Of a stretch of DNA of 64,000 nt, positions 42,001 to 51,981 are shown one piece after another. The position numbers were made by a program, and so were the translations under genes. Location: contig CBDCXL010000002.1 in NCBI GenBank assembly GCA_965223795.1, positions 2,368,001-2,432,000 of the forward strand, given 5' to 3'. A model generated the notes under the pieces. The model was not told the origin of the DNA and did no database searches. It saw nothing but the letters and a program-made list of their open reading frames with translations. The DNA is from Nitrospinales bacterium. Lineage in GTDB: Bacteria > Nitrospinota > Nitrospinia > Nitrospinales > VA-1. The number at the start of each line of letters is the position of its first letter. Position 1 is the first letter of the stretch.

Positions 42001-42152
42001 AGGCGCCGCTGGCGCGTGCGGTGATCGGCGGATTGGGCGCATCGACACTCATCACCCTGCTTTTGATCCCTGTGATCTATTCCTTCTTTCACCCGGAAAC
42101 GGAATTCCAGGCCGATCCGCTGGAGAGTCCCCGAGACTGGCGGCCTTCGTGA
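39027..42152 (+). CDS. RND efflux permease (AcrB/D/F family)
   Basis: [40 protein letters not shown]; 1041 aa. Confidence 0.96.
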   Translation: MTVTEASIRRPVFTVMVTLMVLVLGLVSLEQLKIDLLPRIELPTVSIHTDYEGASPEVVERLVTQIVEEIVATVPGVEEITSESTEGESTVRAKFVWGTDIDTAAVDVQSILQNEITELPEDIVRPHIRKYDVDSFPVVILGVSSQLDPVELTQILEDQIRYRFARIPGVAQVDPWGEYQREIRIELDPYRLNALGLPLDKVLDAIRDSNLDLPAGRIEEGKFEVSVRVPAEFTNLDQIRNTVIERGKDSAVTIRQIAKVKDTYEKKTRIIRVNGDRGLRVAVRKQSEANTVEVSKNILKEMDAFKKEFPQVEMIPVKNQGNFIERSISNVAQSVLYGGGLAVLVLFLFLRDLRSTVVISLAIPISVVATFALLYFSGFTLNLMTLGGLALGVGMMVDSSVVVVENIFRHYQEDRESPHTAAVKGTKEVASAIIASTITTMVIFLPLIYVQGVSGVLFKELAYVVMFSLFCSLLVSLTLAPMLASRLAQKQTQRTGNAVMEAGDPHARNRGGLFREFEYGYRDLLRWVLRHRFLTVTVSVALFIGSLMLIPHIGTEFLPPSDEGEVRVIGEMEVGTRLDRVDRQTRILEDIVFASVPEKVSSITSAVTASRRAGGASQGEIRLRLTPSAERERSNKRIAEELRPVVENSVPGMKIKTRAPQGQFLLERLLASEEGVIVEIRGFDLDTLDLLSERVAAAIADVPGITDVDISRQAGIPQQNISVDRAKVSDLGLSVRDVTEIIETALTGTDVGEYRLEGNSHRILVQLENAEKRTLGEILDLKLATPSGELVSLRNVVDTSTDRGPVLIERKDQQRQVSIEANVSGRDLGSVARDVQERLDRLPRPNGYDLRVAGNFEEQQKAFRQLMVALVLALLLVYMVLASQYESLRDPLVVMVSVPLAAIGVLLMLFLTWTTLNLQSYIGCIMLGGIVINNAILLVDQAGQLRRKDMNVHEALAEAGRRRLRPILMTTLTTILALMPLAFGVGEGADAQAPLARAVIGGLGASTLITLLLIPVIYSFFHPETEFQADPLESPRDWRPS

Positions 42153-42166
42153 CGTTTTAGATTGAG

Positions 42167-42952
42167 ATGAAACTATTTTGGGCTGCCGCTTTTGTCCTCT
42201 CATTATTATTTTCCACGTCCGTCTTTTCCAGTTCGCAGGAAACGCCCGAACGGACGTTCGTCTCGCCTTCCACAAACATGGAATTCGTATACCTTCCGGG
42301 CGGGTGCTACCAGATGGGATCGGAAAACGGGTTTCATTTTGAGCGGCCGGTGCACGAGGTGTGCGTCGATGCGTTTTACATCGCCCGCTACGAGGTGACG
42401 CAGCGTCAGTGGAAGGAAATCATGGGCAGCAATCCCTCGAAATTCCAGGGCGAGGACCATCCCGTGGACCGGGTCTCCTGGCTGGATGCGAGCGCCTTCA
42501 TCGAAAAACTGAACGAGCGGGAATCCGACACGCTGTACCGGCTGCCCACCGAAGCGGAGTGGGAGTACGCGGCGCGGGCGGGCACGACGACGGAATACTA
42601 CTGGGGGGATGAGGTCGACAACGACTACGTCTGGTACTACGGCACGTCCGAATTTCAGACGCATCCGGTCGGCACCAAGAAACCGAACCGGTTCGGTCTG
42701 TTCGACATGCTCGGGAACGTGTGGGAGTGGACGAGCGACTGGTTCAGCGCCGATTATTACAAGAAGAGCCCGAAAATGAATCCCCCCGGCCCGAAAAGCG
42801 GCAAATTCCGTGTGCGGCGGGGCGGCTCGTCAGCGAACCTGATCAGCCACATCCGTTCCGCCACCCGTTACCGGGGAAAGCTCGAGCGCAGGCACCACAT
42901 TCTGGGAATGCGTGTCGCCCGCACGGTGGTGAAACCCAAAGCCGGGAATTGA
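42167..42952 (+). CDS. Secreted FGE-sulfatase (SUMF1) domain protein
   Basis: Signal peptide; YEVTQ.QW, RLPTEAEWEYAARAG, GLFDMLGNVWEW, RGGS. Confidence 0.9.
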   Translation: MKLFWAAAFVLSLLFSTSVFSSSQETPERTFVSPSTNMEFVYLPGGCYQMGSENGFHFERPVHEVCVDAFYIARYEVTQRQWKEIMGSNPSKFQGEDHPVDRVSWLDASAFIEKLNERESDTLYRLPTEAEWEYAARAGTTTEYYWGDEVDNDYVWYYGTSEFQTHPVGTKKPNRFGLFDMLGNVWEWTSDWFSADYYKKSPKMNPPGPKSGKFRVRRGGSSANLISHIRSATRYRGKLERRHHILGMRVARTVVKPKAGN

Positions 42953-43001
42953 TGCGTGCCGTTACCATGAACGGGCGGGAATGGAATTTGCCTGAATGAA
43001 T

Positions 43002-43385
43002 TTATTGTATTTCGTTTTCCTTGTTGCGCCGCATCCTGTTTAATTCCTGCAGGACTTCTTCCTTACTCAGCAATCCCTTTTTTTCGAGCAGCGCGTTCAC
43101 CGCCTGGATTTCGGTCCTGTTCGAAGCGGCCAGCTCTTCCAGGGCGGAAGTGGTTTTCTCCGATCTTTCCTGCATGGGTTTCGCCAGGATTTCACCCGCT
43201 TTCAGATCCAGAAAAAAACGGGTCATGCATTGCAGGCAGTCCCCGCGCATGTAATCTTTCGGCATGCCATCCTTCGTCTCCGGTTGAATCAGGACAACAT
43301 CACTCAAACACCTTGAACACTTGTGGGGGATGTGCCGTGCCATCTGCGGTTCCTTTATGCGATCGGGGTCAAAGTCTTTATACAT
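43002..43385 (-). CDS. Hypothetical protein with CxxC...CxxC Zn-ribbon and helical C-terminus
   Basis: CSRC...CLQC; LLEKKGLLSKEEV. Confidence 0.65.
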   Translation of the reverse strand: MYKDFDPDRIKEPQMARHIPHKCSRCLSDVVLIQPETKDGMPKDYMRGDCLQCMTRFFLDLKAGEILAKPMQERSEKTTSALEELAASNRTEIQAVNALLEKKGLLSKEEVLQELNRMRRNKENEIQ

Positions 43386-43501
43386 CTATCTACATTTTAC
43401 ACCGTAAATGCGGCCCAATGGCATCGCAACGCCGTATTTAGTATACTTCGCGGACGCATGTTTTTCCCTGTTGAATCCAATTTGAATGAGGAGCGATTCG
43501 T

Positions 43502-43666
43502 ATGCCCGATGACGGTGACAGCAAGCAGGTCGATTTTAAAGAAGTGGTGATTGCGTTGATGTTCCAGGTGGAGGTGCTGTTAAATTGCATGGTGGAAAAG
43601 GGGTTGATAACGCGAGAGGAATTTGCGAAACGCGTCGACCAGTTGAAGGAAAAACGGAATACCTGA
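43502..43666 (+). CDS. Small hypothetical protein, not in ORF track
   Basis: RBS GAGGAG; MPDDGDSKQVDFKEVVIALMFQVEVLLNCMVEKGLITREEFAKRVDQLKEKRNT. Confidence 0.7.
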   Translation: MPDDGDSKQVDFKEVVIALMFQVEVLLNCMVEKGLITREEFAKRVDQLKEKRNT

Positions 43667-43779
43667 TTCCATTGCGACCGGCGCGCTGAAAACGAGCCGG
43701 TTTCCCGGCAAAGAACGGGTTTTCCAGAACCGATACATTTCCGTCTGCACGAGGCTGCGGCGGGCTTCGATCCCTTTTG

Positions 43780-43910
43780 GAGAACTTTGCAAAAGTCAGG
43801 CACTCAGTCATGCTGAGCCTGTCGAAGCATGATTCCCTGCACCCTTCGACAAGCTCAGGGTGACAGGATATTCTGTCTTTCCCTGAACGGCGGACTTTTG
43901 CAAAGATCTC
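43780..43910. mobile_element. 131-bp MITE-like element with internal REP-like palindrome
   Basis: 18-bp TIRs (17/18 match): GAGAACTTTGCAAAAGTC / GACTTTTGCAAAGATCTC. Flanked by TTTTG on both sides. Internal IR GTCATGCTGAGCCTGTCGAAGC / CCTTCGACAAGCTCAGGGTGAC. Confidence 0.7.
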
Positions 43911-43940
43911 TTTTGAGATGACAGGGGAATCGTTTCCGCG

Positions 43941-44288
43941 TCAGGTTTCGTCTTTTTTGTTTCCTTCGTAATAGATGATCCGGACTTTTTCCTCGGTGAT
44001 CAGGCCTTCGGTGATCACGGCGTCCAGCGTGGGTTTGATCCGTTCGATGTTCTCCTGTTTGTCCACCACCTCGATGACGATGGGCAGGTCCGTGGTCAGC
44101 CTCAAAATGGAAGTGGTGTGCAGGTGGCTGGTTTTGCCGAAGCCGGAAATGCCGCGCAGCACCGTCGCGCCGGCCAGGCCCTCCTGTTTGAAATATTCAA
44201 CGAGGTATTTGTGCAGCGGCTTGCCGTCGTGCTTGTCCGACTCGCCGATGAAAATCCTGAGCAGGATGGCTTCCGATTCTTTTTTCAT
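43941..44288 (-). CDS. DUF190 PII-like protein
   Basis: LLRIFIGESD, GLAGATVLRGI.GFG, DLPIVIEVVD; adjacent to crcB. Confidence 0.92.
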   Translation of the reverse strand: MKKESEAILLRIFIGESDKHDGKPLHKYLVEYFKQEGLAGATVLRGISGFGKTSHLHTTSILRLTTDLPIVIEVVDKQENIERIKPTLDAVITEGLITEEKVRIIYYEGNKKDET

Positions 44289-44293
44289 CGCAC

Positions 44294-44674
44294 TCACTTC
44301 CAAAAAGAGTTGACGACGGCGATCTTGCCCAGAAAGACCGCCAGCAGCGTGAGCCCCACCGTCCCCGTGAGGTTGAGACCGAACAGGCCGTATTCGCCGT
44401 CCTCCAAAAGCTTGAACGATTCAAAGCCGAAGGTGGACATCGTGGTGAACGATCCCAGAAGACCGATGGTCAGGAAAATCCGCATCTCCTCGGAAAAAAA
44501 ACCGCGGTACTCGGACAGATAGAGGATCACGCTCACCAGAAAACTGCCGATGAAGTTGACCCCCAGCGTGCCCAGCGGAAAGGTCACGAAACCGTTCTGA
44601 ATCCATCCGGACACCACGAATCTGAGGATCGCGCCGGCGAATCCTCCGAGACCGATCCATAGCAACAAAGACAT
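44294..44674 (-). CDS. crcB: Fluoride channel Fluc/CrcB
   Basis: GG..GAILRF, FPLGTL.VN..GSF, G.LGSFTTMSTF..E; ATG at 44674 with GGAG. Confidence 0.93.
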   Translation of the reverse strand: MSLLLWIGLGGFAGAILRFVVSGWIQNGFVTFPLGTLGVNFIGSFLVSVILYLSEYRGFFSEEMRIFLTIGLLGSFTTMSTFGFESFKLLEDGEYGLFGLNLTGTVGLTLLAVFLGKIAVVNSFWK

Positions 44675-44747
44675 TCTCTGGCTCCTGTTTATTCCACGGC
44701 GGATTGTACCGCAAAACCACGGATGCGGGGGAGGGCGGTTTCCGTAT

Positions 44748-45872
44748 TCAGCGCATGGGGATTTCGAAGCTGAAGGTCGACCCGGAGCCGACGGTGGTTT
44801 CCACCTCCATGCGGCCGTGGTGGGCTTCGATGACTTTCTTGGAGATGGCGAGTCCCAGGCCGGAACTGGGTTCACCGCCGGTGGATTTCGATTTCAGCTT
44901 TTGAAACAGCTTGAACAGCTTGGCGCGGTCTTGCGGATCGATTCCCGGCCCGAAGTCCTCGACGCTGACCTTGGCGTGCTTGCCAAAACGTTTCAGGCGG
45001 ACGTACACCGGATTGCCCGGAGCGGAAAACTTGATGGCGTTGCTCAGCAGGTTGTCCAGCACCTGCGTGATGCGTTCCGGGTCGAAGCCGAACTGCGGCA
45101 GGTCGTCCAGATCCGGGTGGATGGATATGTTCTTTTTGGCGGCGAAGGCGCGGTGGAATCCGGCTCTCTCTTCGATCAGGCGGGTGAGCGAACCCGCCTC
45201 GAATTTGAGTACCAGTTTTTCGTTTTCCAGAAGCGACGCGTCGAGGATGTCATCCAGCAGAAACAGCATGTTGTTGTTCGCCGTATGGATCATGGCGATG
45301 AACTTTTTCATGGTTTCCGCGTCGAGCTCGTCGAAGTCTTCCAGCAGAATTTCAGTGAGCCCGCGGATCGAGGTGATGGGGGAGCGCAGGTCGTGCGACG
45401 CCATGACCACGAACTGGTTCATCAATTCGTTGAGCTCGCTCAGTTTCCGGTTTTTCCCGCCGAGCGAATGAATGGTGTTTTTGAGATTGAGGTGGGTGCG
45501 GACGCGCGCGCGCACCTCGTCTTTGCGGAACGGTTGGATGATGTAGTCGGCGCCGCCGGCCTCGAACCCTTCGACGATGTTTTCCCCCTCCATTTTCGCG
45601 GTGATGAAAAGCACCGGAATATGCTTCTGCCCGCTGTCCTGCTTGATCTTCCGGCACAAGGCGTAGCCGCTGCCGGCGCGGAAACCGGTTTCCATCAGGA
45701 TCAGGTCCGGATCCAGATGGGCCATTTTTTCCATGAAATCCTGATCTTCGCCCACGGTCAGAACCGTATAGCCGTCCTGGGACAGCGCCTGTTGCAGTGT
45801 GCGCACGGTGTTTTCATCCTCACCGGCGATGAGGACGCGCATTTCCTCATTCTTTAAAACGGGAATCTCCAT
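44748..45872 (-). CDS. Hybrid receiver-histidine kinase with degenerate receiver
   Basis: ASHDLRSP, NLLSNAIKF, DFGPGI, GLGLAI. Receiver reads IAGED, LILME, IIQPF. Confidence 0.9.
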   Translation of the reverse strand: MEIPVLKNEEMRVLIAGEDENTVRTLQQALSQDGYTVLTVGEDQDFMEKMAHLDPDLILMETGFRAGSGYALCRKIKQDSGQKHIPVLFITAKMEGENIVEGFEAGGADYIIQPFRKDEVRARVRTHLNLKNTIHSLGGKNRKLSELNELMNQFVVMASHDLRSPITSIRGLTEILLEDFDELDAETMKKFIAMIHTANNNMLFLLDDILDASLLENEKLVLKFEAGSLTRLIEERAGFHRAFAAKKNISIHPDLDDLPQFGFDPERITQVLDNLLSNAIKFSAPGNPVYVRLKRFGKHAKVSVEDFGPGIDPQDRAKLFKLFQKLKSKSTGGEPSSGLGLAISKKVIEAHHGRMEVETTVGSGSTFSFEIPMR

Positions 45873-46214
45873 GAATGCATCTAATGAATAGGTATTGGAA
45901 AGATCGCTTTCGCTGCGCGGGTGCTCGCAGGTTTCTGGAACGCGGTTTTTTGTAGCACACTCTGTTTTACGGCCGGAATGATCTGAGGTGGATCTGCGAA
46001 TCGAATTTTTGGAAACACCAAAATAAGGATTGAATTGAGCAGGACTAAAGATTTAATATCAGGTTCAATATGCCGGTTTTTGGGAACAGGTGCAATTGAA
46101 ATGTCTCAGCCGGAAACGCAAGGACTCACAGTTCCGATAAGAAACATTTCCCCGCCTCAACAAGACGCCTGTTTTCGTTTCTAACTTTCAACGCATCACA
46201 CACAAACGGTTTCC

Positions 46215-48128
46215 GTGTTGGACACAAAACCTCGGAGGGCACCGCGCGCAAAGGGTCGAGCGTCCTTTTGGATCGCCCGCTGCGTCGGGATCTGTGTTGC
46301 GATCCTGGCTCCGGTTTTCGCAGGCCCGGCATGGGCGCAGTCGAAAGTGTCCAAAGAGATCGCGCTTTCCGACTGGGGGCTCACGCACCCGTCGCAGATC
46401 GGTTTCATGTCGCTGGGCATTCTCAAGACAAAGAAAGGAGCCGAGATCATCGTTTACGACATCCGGGACAGCAAGCCGCGGTTCTCAGGTACAGGCGATT
46501 CCAAGGGAAGGGCGCCCGCGTTTTCGGGAGACGTGTTTCTCATCGGCCATTTTCATGAGGGCAACGTCAACCGGTTGGGCGGGTATTTCAACGGCTTCAA
46601 ACGGGCTCCCTCCACGGCATCGCTGGCCATCGACCCGGCTCCGGACGGAACCCCGGCGCTGACCTTTGGCTACCGCAACCGGCCGCCGGGCTTTTCCGGA
46701 TTCTGGGTGCACCTTTTTGACTTCAAACGGCCGCCCGCCGAGCGGGTGTTTCTCGACGCCACGCCGTTTGAATACCTGACCTTCGCCATCCGCGGGCACA
46801 CGGGAAGCGAGCGGTTGGATCTGCGCATGGCGGACCGGACCTGGGAAATGCGCGAGGATTCCGTCCGCATCGGCAGCATCGCCTCCTTTTTCGCACGGGA
46901 AACGCTGGGGCAGGACTGGCAGCGGGTCTGGGTGCCGCTTGAAAAGCTGCCCGCCTCCCTCAACCGCAGGGAGCTCGCCAGCCTGGTCTTTCAGGTGCCG
47001 GGGAAAGGGGAGGGGCGGGTGTACGTGAAGGACGTTGCCCTGACCCGCAAACGGGGCGTGCCGATTCCACAGGCTAAGGCCACGAATGTGCCGCGGCGGC
47101 TGCTGGCAAAAGCGATGTGGCTGTGGGAGACGAACAAGGTCGTGCAGAGCGAGGCGGAATTGACGGCGCTGATCGATTTCTGCAAACGCCACGCCATCAA
47201 CGAGCTGTTCGTGCAGATCCCCTATGAGGCGGAGCTTGAAAACGGGGCGTGGGTGATCGAATGGGATGCAACGCCGATGCGGCCTTTTCTGGCGCGGCTG
47301 CACCGTTCCGGCATCCGCGTTCATGCTCTGGACGGAGACCGCCGATATGCATTGAGGAAGTGGCATGGGCGGGTGCTCGGGCTGATCGACCGCGTCGTTC
47401 AGTACAACAAAAGCGTGATCCCCGAGGCCCGGTTCGCTGGAATCCGCTACGACAACGAGCCTTACCTGCTGCCGAGCTTCAGCGGCGTGCAGAAAGAGTC
47501 CATTCTGGGCCAGTATCTGGAACTGCTGGAGAACTCGCAGAACCGGGCGCGGCAGGGAGGGCTGGTGTTCGGGGTGGACATCCCGTTCTGGTTCGACGAT
47601 GTGAACGAGTTTTTCGAGCCCACCGCGATGGTGCGCGGCCGGCCGGTGAGCGAAGCGATCCTCGATATCGTGGACAACGTCGGCATCATGGACTACCGCA
47701 CCACGGCGTACGGGGCCGACGGGGTGATCGCGCATGGAATGAACGAACTGCGCTACGCGGAAAAGGCGGGCAAGAAAGTCTACATCGGGCTGGAAACGGT
47801 GTGGCTGCCGGATGAGACGATCTACGAATTCGGCAGCAAGGGCCGGGGTTCGAAAGTGCGCATCGAACCGCTGGATGCGGACCGGATGCGGCTCGACTGG
47901 ATTCCGGCGGGGGTGCCTGTGGCGGCGGGCGGCGGCAGGGTGCTGCATCAAAAGCGCGCGGTCAACGTGCCTTCGAGCAAGATCACCTTCGACCGCAAAA
48001 CGCCGGAAGACCTGGAAACGGTGCTGCGCCAGTCCGAAAGGGAGCTGCGCCGGTTCAGCAGTTTTCACGGTTTCGTCATCCACTCCTACGAAAGTTACCG
48101 ATCCTGGCTCGAAAGGGAACGCCGTTGA
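46215..48128 (+). CDS. Secreted protein: carbohydrate-binding-like beta domain plus glycoside-hydrolase-like TIM barrel
   Basis: Signal peptide (AWA-QS); YLTFAIRG...WQRVWVPL; AMWLW, GIRYDNEPY, GVDIPFW, IMDYR, IGLET, GFVIHSY. Confidence 0.6.
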   Translation: MLDTKPRRAPRAKGRASFWIARCVGICVAILAPVFAGPAWAQSKVSKEIALSDWGLTHPSQIGFMSLGILKTKKGAEIIVYDIRDSKPRFSGTGDSKGRAPAFSGDVFLIGHFHEGNVNRLGGYFNGFKRAPSTASLAIDPAPDGTPALTFGYRNRPPGFSGFWVHLFDFKRPPAERVFLDATPFEYLTFAIRGHTGSERLDLRMADRTWEMREDSVRIGSIASFFARETLGQDWQRVWVPLEKLPASLNRRELASLVFQVPGKGEGRVYVKDVALTRKRGVPIPQAKATNVPRRLLAKAMWLWETNKVVQSEAELTALIDFCKRHAINELFVQIPYEAELENGAWVIEWDATPMRPFLARLHRSGIRVHALDGDRRYALRKWHGRVLGLIDRVVQYNKSVIPEARFAGIRYDNEPYLLPSFSGVQKESILGQYLELLENSQNRARQGGLVFGVDIPFWFDDVNEFFEPTAMVRGRPVSEAILDIVDNVGIMDYRTTAYGADGVIAHGMNELRYAEKAGKKVYIGLETVWLPDETIYEFGSKGRGSKVRIEPLDADRMRLDWIPAGVPVAAGGGRVLHQKRAVNVPSSKITFDRKTPEDLETVLRQSERELRRFSSFHGFVIHSYESYRSWLERERR

Positions 48129-50071
48129 GCTTGAACGCGAAGGCAATCCGAACCGGTCTGGCATGGAGCGTGCTGCTGCTTGCGGGTTTTTTGCTCCTGG
48201 CGCCGCGGGCGCACGCGCTCGACCGCGAGGCGCAGATCCAGAAGGCGCGGCAGGCGGGCTGGCAGGGCGACCACGCGGGATCGGAGGCGCTGTACCGGGA
48301 GCTTTTGGATGAGAAACCGGACGACGTGGAAGCCTGGCTGGGGCTGGCGCAGGTGCTGAGCTGGCAGAAAAAATTCACCGAATCGGCGGAGATCTACCGC
48401 AAGGTGGACGGCATGCGTCCGGATCTGCCGGACGGACGCATCGGTCTTTTGCGGCTCAAAGCCTGGGATGGCAAGCACGCCGAGGCCGAGGCGGGACTTA
48501 AGAAACTACTTGAACAGTTTCCGGAACGGTTCGACATCCTGTCGCTGCTGGGGCAGGTCACCGCCTGGCAGAAGAAATTTCCCGAGAGCATCGGCTATTA
48601 CCAGAAACTGCTTGAACTGTACCCGGCGAACCCGGAAGCCCTCAAGGGGCTGGCGCGCACCTACAAATGGATGGAAAACACCGAGCAGGGCATCGCCATC
48701 AACAAGCAGATCCTGGAACAGGAGCCGGACAACCTGCAGGCCACGCTGGACACGGGAATCCTGTACAGTCAGGCCGGCGATTATGAGAACGCCATCGACT
48801 ATCTGGAACAGGCGCGCGAGCTGGCGCCGGAGCGCAAGGACATCCGCGCCATGCTGGGCACGCTGTACAGCTGGACGGAACGGCTCGACGACGCGGTGAC
48901 CGAGCTGCAGAAATCGCTGGCGCTGGAGCGCGGCGACATCGCGGGCTACATATCGCTGGGGCGGGTGTACAGCTGGCAGAAAAAAACCGAGGAGTCGATC
49001 CGCCTGTATGAGGAAGCGCTCAAGCTGGACCCGGAAAACACCGAGGCCCTGGTGGGGCTGGGCCGGACCTATCTGTTCAACGACCAGTGGGACCGCGCCG
49101 AGGAACAGTATCGCGAAGCGCTCAGGATCCGCCCGGACGACATCGACGCGCAGAACGCCCTCAAACGGCTGCAGGACATCAAGTCGCCGGAGGCGGTGGT
49201 GCGGTTCAATTTTTTCGAGTTCCGGGACCACGATCCCGAAGTGGACCGGCTGAGTTCGGTGGTCACCGAGTTTCGCGAAACGGCGGAGTATTTTCACAAG
49301 CTGTCGGCACAGACGAAACTGCAGCTGCGCTACCAGCGCTCCGACCTCAAGCAGGTGGACAAGATATTCAACGATACCGATTACAAGATCGACACCAACA
49401 CCGTGTCGCTGGGCGCGGAACACAAGCTGCCGGATAATTTCGGCATCCGGGCGCGCTACGACTACAGCCGCTTCGACAACGACGGCGACAATTTCTTCAA
49501 CCTCAAAGACCCGGAAAACGGCCATTCCGGCTACTTCATCCTGACAAAAGGCATCGGCAAGCATTACGCCAACGTCTCCTACGCGCGGGAGCTGTTCATC
49601 AGCACGGAAACGGGCGACGCGACGGTGGAGTCGATCGACCGCTACTCGCTGGCGCACGATTACGATTTCACCGAGCATTTTTCCTGGCTCACGGTGCTCG
49701 CCTGGAACGATTTTTCCACTTCGGGCGGCCTGCGCCAGGACTACCTCATCCGGCCGCGCTACCGCCTGCCGTTTTACGAGAACGTGCAGCTGGAATACCA
49801 GTTGCGCTACCTATCCAACCCGGATGAGTTTGAAAACAGCTTCATCGTCAACTTCCAGAACCAGATCATGGAGAAGCTGCGCTATGAGGTGGACTATGCG
49901 CTGACGTTCAACACGTTCGACGACGCACTGGAAAACCTGACGACGTTTTTCATTGCCTGGGACATTTCCGAATGCCTTTCCTTAAACGTGGACGCGCGCT
50001 TTTCCATCGAGGCGCTGGACGACCACGATATTTCCCAGAACTACCAGGCGTACCTGAGAATCCGCTTCTGA
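48125..50071 (+). CDS. TPR repeat + outer-membrane beta-barrel protein (polysaccharide export type)
   Basis: Signal peptide; about 9 TPR-like repeats (LAQVLSWQ, LGQVTAWQ, LGTLYSW, LGRVYSWQ); beta-rich C-terminal half ending YQAYLRIRF. Confidence 0.8.
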   Translation: MSLNAKAIRTGLAWSVLLLAGFLLLAPRAHALDREAQIQKARQAGWQGDHAGSEALYRELLDEKPDDVEAWLGLAQVLSWQKKFTESAEIYRKVDGMRPDLPDGRIGLLRLKAWDGKHAEAEAGLKKLLEQFPERFDILSLLGQVTAWQKKFPESIGYYQKLLELYPANPEALKGLARTYKWMENTEQGIAINKQILEQEPDNLQATLDTGILYSQAGDYENAIDYLEQARELAPERKDIRAMLGTLYSWTERLDDAVTELQKSLALERGDIAGYISLGRVYSWQKKTEESIRLYEEALKLDPENTEALVGLGRTYLFNDQWDRAEEQYREALRIRPDDIDAQNALKRLQDIKSPEAVVRFNFFEFRDHDPEVDRLSSVVTEFRETAEYFHKLSAQTKLQLRYQRSDLKQVDKIFNDTDYKIDTNTVSLGAEHKLPDNFGIRARYDYSRFDNDGDNFFNLKDPENGHSGYFILTKGIGKHYANVSYARELFISTETGDATVESIDRYSLAHDYDFTEHFSWLTVLAWNDFSTSGGLRQDYLIRPRYRLPFYENVQLEYQLRYLSNPDEFENSFIVNFQNQIMEKLRYEVDYALTFNTFDDALENLTTFFIAWDISECLSLNVDARFSIEALDDHDISQNYQAYLRIRF

Positions 50072-50976
50072 TGCCAAAAACGGCGGCCCGAAACATCCAG
50101 ACCGGACGAACGGGCTTGCGTTTCATCGTGTGTCTGTGGATGAGCTGGGTGCCGGTGGCCGGAGCGTTTGCGGGGGTCGAACTCGAACCCTTCGAACGGG
50201 CGGCGCTGGAATGCGGAACGGGCCTCGAATTTGCGCTTACCGGCGGCAGCCTCCTGGAAAACAAGCGCCTGAAGCAGGAAGGCCGGGCGGAATTGCAGCT
50301 GGCCGGCACTTTGCGCAAAGCCTATCTGTTGTGGTCGGGCGAGGTGAAAGGCGACGCCGGGGCGGCGGGACGGATCCGTTTCATCGCACCCGGTGGCAAG
50401 GCGCATGCGGTGCGGGCGGACAAATTGTGGCGGAAAAAATCGGCGGGGACCGTGTACGCCGCGATGGCGGAGGTGACGCAGTGGATCGAACGAAGCGGAC
50501 GCTACGGCGTGAAGGAACTCGCCGCCGACAATGTGAACCCGCAGGGCAAGGATCCGTACACGGTGGCGGGATGGGCGCTTGCGGCGATCGCGGAAAACCG
50601 GGCCGCGAAAAAAGCTTCCTGCGTACTGCTTCACTCGGGGCTGGAACTGCTGCGGCCGGGAGAGATCTATGACCTGGCACTGCCGCCTGGGGATTTGCCG
50701 GAAGGGAAATGGCATCTCACCCGGCTGGGCGTGGTGGGCGGGCACGGGCGCGCGGGCAACGGCTCGGGGAACCTGCTGGACGGCCGGGCGGTTTCCGGCG
50801 GCGACGACTGGGACGGCTCGGCGGGAAAATTCTGGGACATCGACGTGTTCGATCTGGAATCGCCGCTTGCGATTGGGAAGGAAGCCCCGCCCACGCTCAC
50901 GGTGGACCCGCTTTTGCAGTGGCTTTATCCTATTGCGGTGGTGCTGCGGCTGAATCCGTTCGAAAACGGCGGATGA
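50071..50976 (+). CDS. Secreted beta-rich hypothetical protein
   Basis: TGATG overlap; signal peptide; AYLLWSG, AEVTQWI, AGWAL, WDIDVFDL. Confidence 0.65.
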   Translation: MPKTAARNIQTGRTGLRFIVCLWMSWVPVAGAFAGVELEPFERAALECGTGLEFALTGGSLLENKRLKQEGRAELQLAGTLRKAYLLWSGEVKGDAGAAGRIRFIAPGGKAHAVRADKLWRKKSAGTVYAAMAEVTQWIERSGRYGVKELAADNVNPQGKDPYTVAGWALAAIAENRAAKKASCVLLHSGLELLRPGEIYDLALPPGDLPEGKWHLTRLGVVGGHGRAGNGSGNLLDGRAVSGGDDWDGSAGKFWDIDVFDLESPLAIGKEAPPTLTVDPLLQWLYPIAVVLRLNPFENGG

Positions 50977-51178
50977 TACGAATCCCTTTTAATTCGGATA
51001 TGAATGCGATGGACAAAAAATGTCACACAATGGCGTCCGGTTTGGTTGGATGAGCGGAATTCATGACTTATGGACCTGTCTGGAGGGCCAAATGCTTCCT
51101 TAAGCTAAAACCCAACCTGCGAAAAATCAGCCTGTTTCCTATCGATTCGTGTGGGAGCCTCCCCGTAACCGGGCCCTG

Positions 51179-51194
51179 TGGCCTGGCTTTTGCA
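51179..51194 (+). promoter_or_regulatory. sigma54 promoter upstream of the sorting-signal proteins
   Basis: TGGCCT-GGCTT-TTGCA, 35 nt before ATG 51230; RBS GGGAGG. Confidence 0.7.
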
Positions 51195-51229
51195 ATGTAA
51201 ATGTATAAGAAAAAGGGAGGCTCTATATC

Positions 51230-51544
51230 ATGAAAAAAACATGCAAAATCTCCTTAATTTGTTTTCTGGCGATCGGTTTTTTGGCTGTGGGATTCGGCCT
51301 GCCCGGAACTCCGGGAGTCGACGGGACCGTGTCGGTGGCGGAAGCGCACCATAGGCCCGGGCACGGAGGGGGACCCAAAGATGGCAAATGGTGCCGGAAG
51401 CATCCGGACAGGTGCAAGCCGCCCACGGTTTCCGAGCTTCCGGTTCATTATATGGTGGCCAGCGGGATCGCGGCGATTCTGATCACCGGCGGCATCGTCT
51501 ATCAGCTGCGCCGCCGCGAAGAAGAAAACGCATCATCTCTGTGA
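51230..51544 (+). CDS. Small secreted protein with C-terminal sorting signal (VSELP-TM-RRR), copy 1
   Basis: Signal peptide ending AEA; WCRKHPDRCKPPTVSELP; TM helix; RRREEEN. Confidence 0.85.
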   Translation: MKKTCKISLICFLAIGFLAVGFGLPGTPGVDGTVSVAEAHHRPGHGGGPKDGKWCRKHPDRCKPPTVSELPVHYMVASGIAAILITGGIVYQLRRREEENASSL

Positions 51545-51981
51545 GAGCCCAAAGCAGACCCATTGAGCTTCATTCAATGTGCCGAGAGGTGACAGTCCAT
51601 GATTAAAAAATTCAAATTTGGCCTCGTCATTCTGCTGATGTCCGGTTTTTTCGCATCCGGTCTTTTCATTCCCGGAAATGACGGCGGGTCTCTGGCCTAC
51701 GCGCAGAGGTCGGCGGACGACCGGGAAAAGCGGCGGGAGCTGCGCCGGGAGGAACGGCGCAAGCGCCAGGAAGCCAAAAAAGAAGCGCGAAAAAAGCGCC
51801 GGGAAGCCAGGAAGGAACGGAAAAAGCGCAAGCGTTGGTGCCGGAGAAATCCGGATAAGTGCAAACCGCCTACGGTTTCCGAGCTTCCGGTGCACACTAT
51901 GGTCGGCAGCGGCGTGGCCGCGATTTTGATCGCCGGCGGCGTCGTCTATCAGCTGCGCCGCCGCGAAGAAGAAAACGCTTC
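51389..51981 (+). repeat. ~146-bp direct repeat encoding the shared C-terminal tail (51389-51534 and 51836-51981)
   Basis: Shared blocks ACGGTTTCCGAGCTTCCGGT and GTCTATCAGCTGCGCCGCCGCGAAGAAGAAAACGC. Confidence 0.92.

Noticed and set aside
38796..42275. 1159-aa minus-strand ORF
   Set aside because: Antisense shadow of the RND permease; no recognisable motifs; expected from GC-biased codon usage.
44675..44750. Fluoride riboswitch upstream of crcB
   Set aside because: No GAUGG...CRCC core is visible in the short spacer on the minus strand.
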